From assembly GCA_002633005.1 (NCBI GenBank), contig NMRA01000525.1:80857-144856 (forward strand): a DNA stretch of 64,000 nucleotides, read 5' to 3'. The position numbers and the translations under genes are program-made. The notes beneath the pieces were generated by a model. The model was given only the letters and a program-made list of their open reading frames with translations. It did no database searches and was not told where the DNA came from. Origin of the DNA: Phoronis australis (lineage: Eukaryota; Animalia; Phoronida). Below, one piece after another: positions 63,101 to 64,000 of this stretch (position 1 is the first letter of the stretch; every line of letters starts with the position of its first letter).

Positions 63101-63733
63101 GCTTGAGTTTCCTTGCTCCCTAACTAACAACTGGTGGGTCTGCTTGAAGAAGACTACTGATTAGTAAGGTAAATCAAGCTTGTCACAAATCGTAAAAAAA
63201 TTCTCGGGCCAGTCCCCATGTCATCTACAGTGAATTCTAAGCTTGAAGCCTTGCTTCTTGGCAACCGTTGCTGTGCAAGCTTGAATACCACTACAGACCA
63301 GTAACATAACTCAAGCTGGTTATCTTTACCATATTCCAACACCTGGCAGGACTAGTTTCCTACCAACTGGCTATTGAAATGAACATTTCCAATGGCCTGT
63401 TTGCATACAGTAACGCAGCTCTTGTGGCGCTCAGGTGTACTACAACAGAGACGTCAACGACACTGCTAAGGTTATTCGAGCTTAGCATAGAACTTTCAAT
63501 AACATATGCCCAAAAAGCTTGAATAAGATTGACCGGGCTTGAATAATCTAACATGCTTTCAAGAGTTAGGAATTTCTCAGTTATGGTTATTCAAGCTTCA
63601 CAAATTTAGAGTCATATCTGATGATCATAGAATTATTACCAGAAAAATTCTGGAACACTCGGATATAGTTGGAGAACCTGTTTACATGGAGCCATGTGGA
63701 CACCTCCTGGGCTGAAGAGTCCGGAGTAACAGC
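57145..63733 (-). CDS. TFCP2: CP2/LSF-family transcription factor (TFCP2/UBP1-like), 3' five coding exons (SAM-like and C-terminal domains); 5' part is beyond the window
   Basis: complement(join 63733-63640, 62545-62455, 59989-59940, 59284-59090, 57188-57145). Translation [73 protein letters not shown]...[13 protein letters not shown]...VILKNMA* has consistent phases. Confidence 0.92.
57800..58088 (-). mobile_element. Truncated HINE family A 5' end
   Basis: taatgcgcccacatattt...atgtgtgggcgcacaaaaa, similar to 34300-34340. Confidence 0.55.
58348..58937. mobile_element. piggyBac-like MITE
   Basis: TTAA TSD on both sides, TIR CCCTTATCCTGC / GCAGGATAAGGG. Confidence 0.8.
59090..59284 (-). CDS. 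TFCP2: TFCP2-like penultimate exon
   Basis: [22 protein letters not shown]...[22 protein letters not shown]. Confidence 0.94.
59940..59989 (-). CDS. TFCP2: TFCP2-like internal exon
   Basis: [16 protein letters not shown]. Confidence 0.93.
60905..61395. mobile_element. Penelope-like element fragments in inverted arrangement
   Basis: The minus arm encodes [43 protein letters not shown] (GIY-YIG C-terminal end). The plus arm repeats it and ends with the hammerhead-like GGGCCC aagat GGGCCC GAAAGCT. Confidence 0.75.
62018..62406. mobile_element. MITE with about 85-bp TIRs, TGT..ACA termini
   Basis: tgtgacgggtcatttgtaactgcacatttattgttatgcttatttagttg and its inverse at about 62320-62406. Confidence 0.7.
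62455..62545 (-). CDS. TFCP2: TFCP2-like internal exon
   Basis: [30 protein letters not shown]. Confidence 0.95.
63640..63733 (-). CDS. TFCP2: TFCP2-like internal exon
   Basis: [31 protein letters not shown]. Confidence 0.92.
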
Positions 63734-64000
63734 CTGAAATGTGAACAGAGTCAAGTTACAAACATCATCTGGGGCCTGTTTTTTTGGAAACCTGCAAAAG
63801 TTGGCGGAAATAGGTCAAAGTTTCAAATTTTTGACCATGCAGTTGTTATGGGGACATCATCTAATTAAAAAAAATAATAAAATTCAAAAAATCTGTAATT
63901 CCTGGACCATCTGCTAAACTCTGTATTTGTATGGGGAAATGTTTCAGAGTGATTCATTTTAAACAGTTCCTCGGTAAAAATAGTACCAAATTGTTTAATC

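Overview
AT-rich animal (probably marine invertebrate) genomic DNA, with no prokaryotic features and no CRISPR array. Most ORF-track entries are spurious. Splicing exons by hand gives three intron-containing genes. (1) A complete 11-exon alkylglycerol monooxygenase AGMO/TMEM195 on + (249-18021, 452 aa). (2) A complete 9-exon IGBP1/alpha4/TAP42 on - (44107-22354, 343 aa), convergent with AGMO. (3) The last five coding exons of a TFCP2/UBP1 (CP2/LSF) transcription factor on - (63733-57145), whose 5' part lies beyond the window. Introns and intergenic DNA are full of mobile DNA. There are two internally deleted Ty3/Gypsy elements with PBS, PPT and 5-bp TSDs, one with LTRs of only 80 bp. A 5.6-kb P-like element with an 8-bp TSD and a THAP pseudo-ORF sits in IGBP1 intron 4. 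Also present are Helentron/DINE-1-like non-autonomous elements, Penelope-like fragments with degenerate hammerhead-ribozyme motifs, AcademH-, piggyBac-, Harbinger-, Kolobok- and hAT-like MITEs, and many minisatellites, several of them derived from TE termini. I found no convincing new multi-gene system. The most interesting items are TE-host splicing interactions, the ribozyme-like motifs and tandem amplification of TE ends. Family assignments come from recognising motifs by eye, not from database searches.
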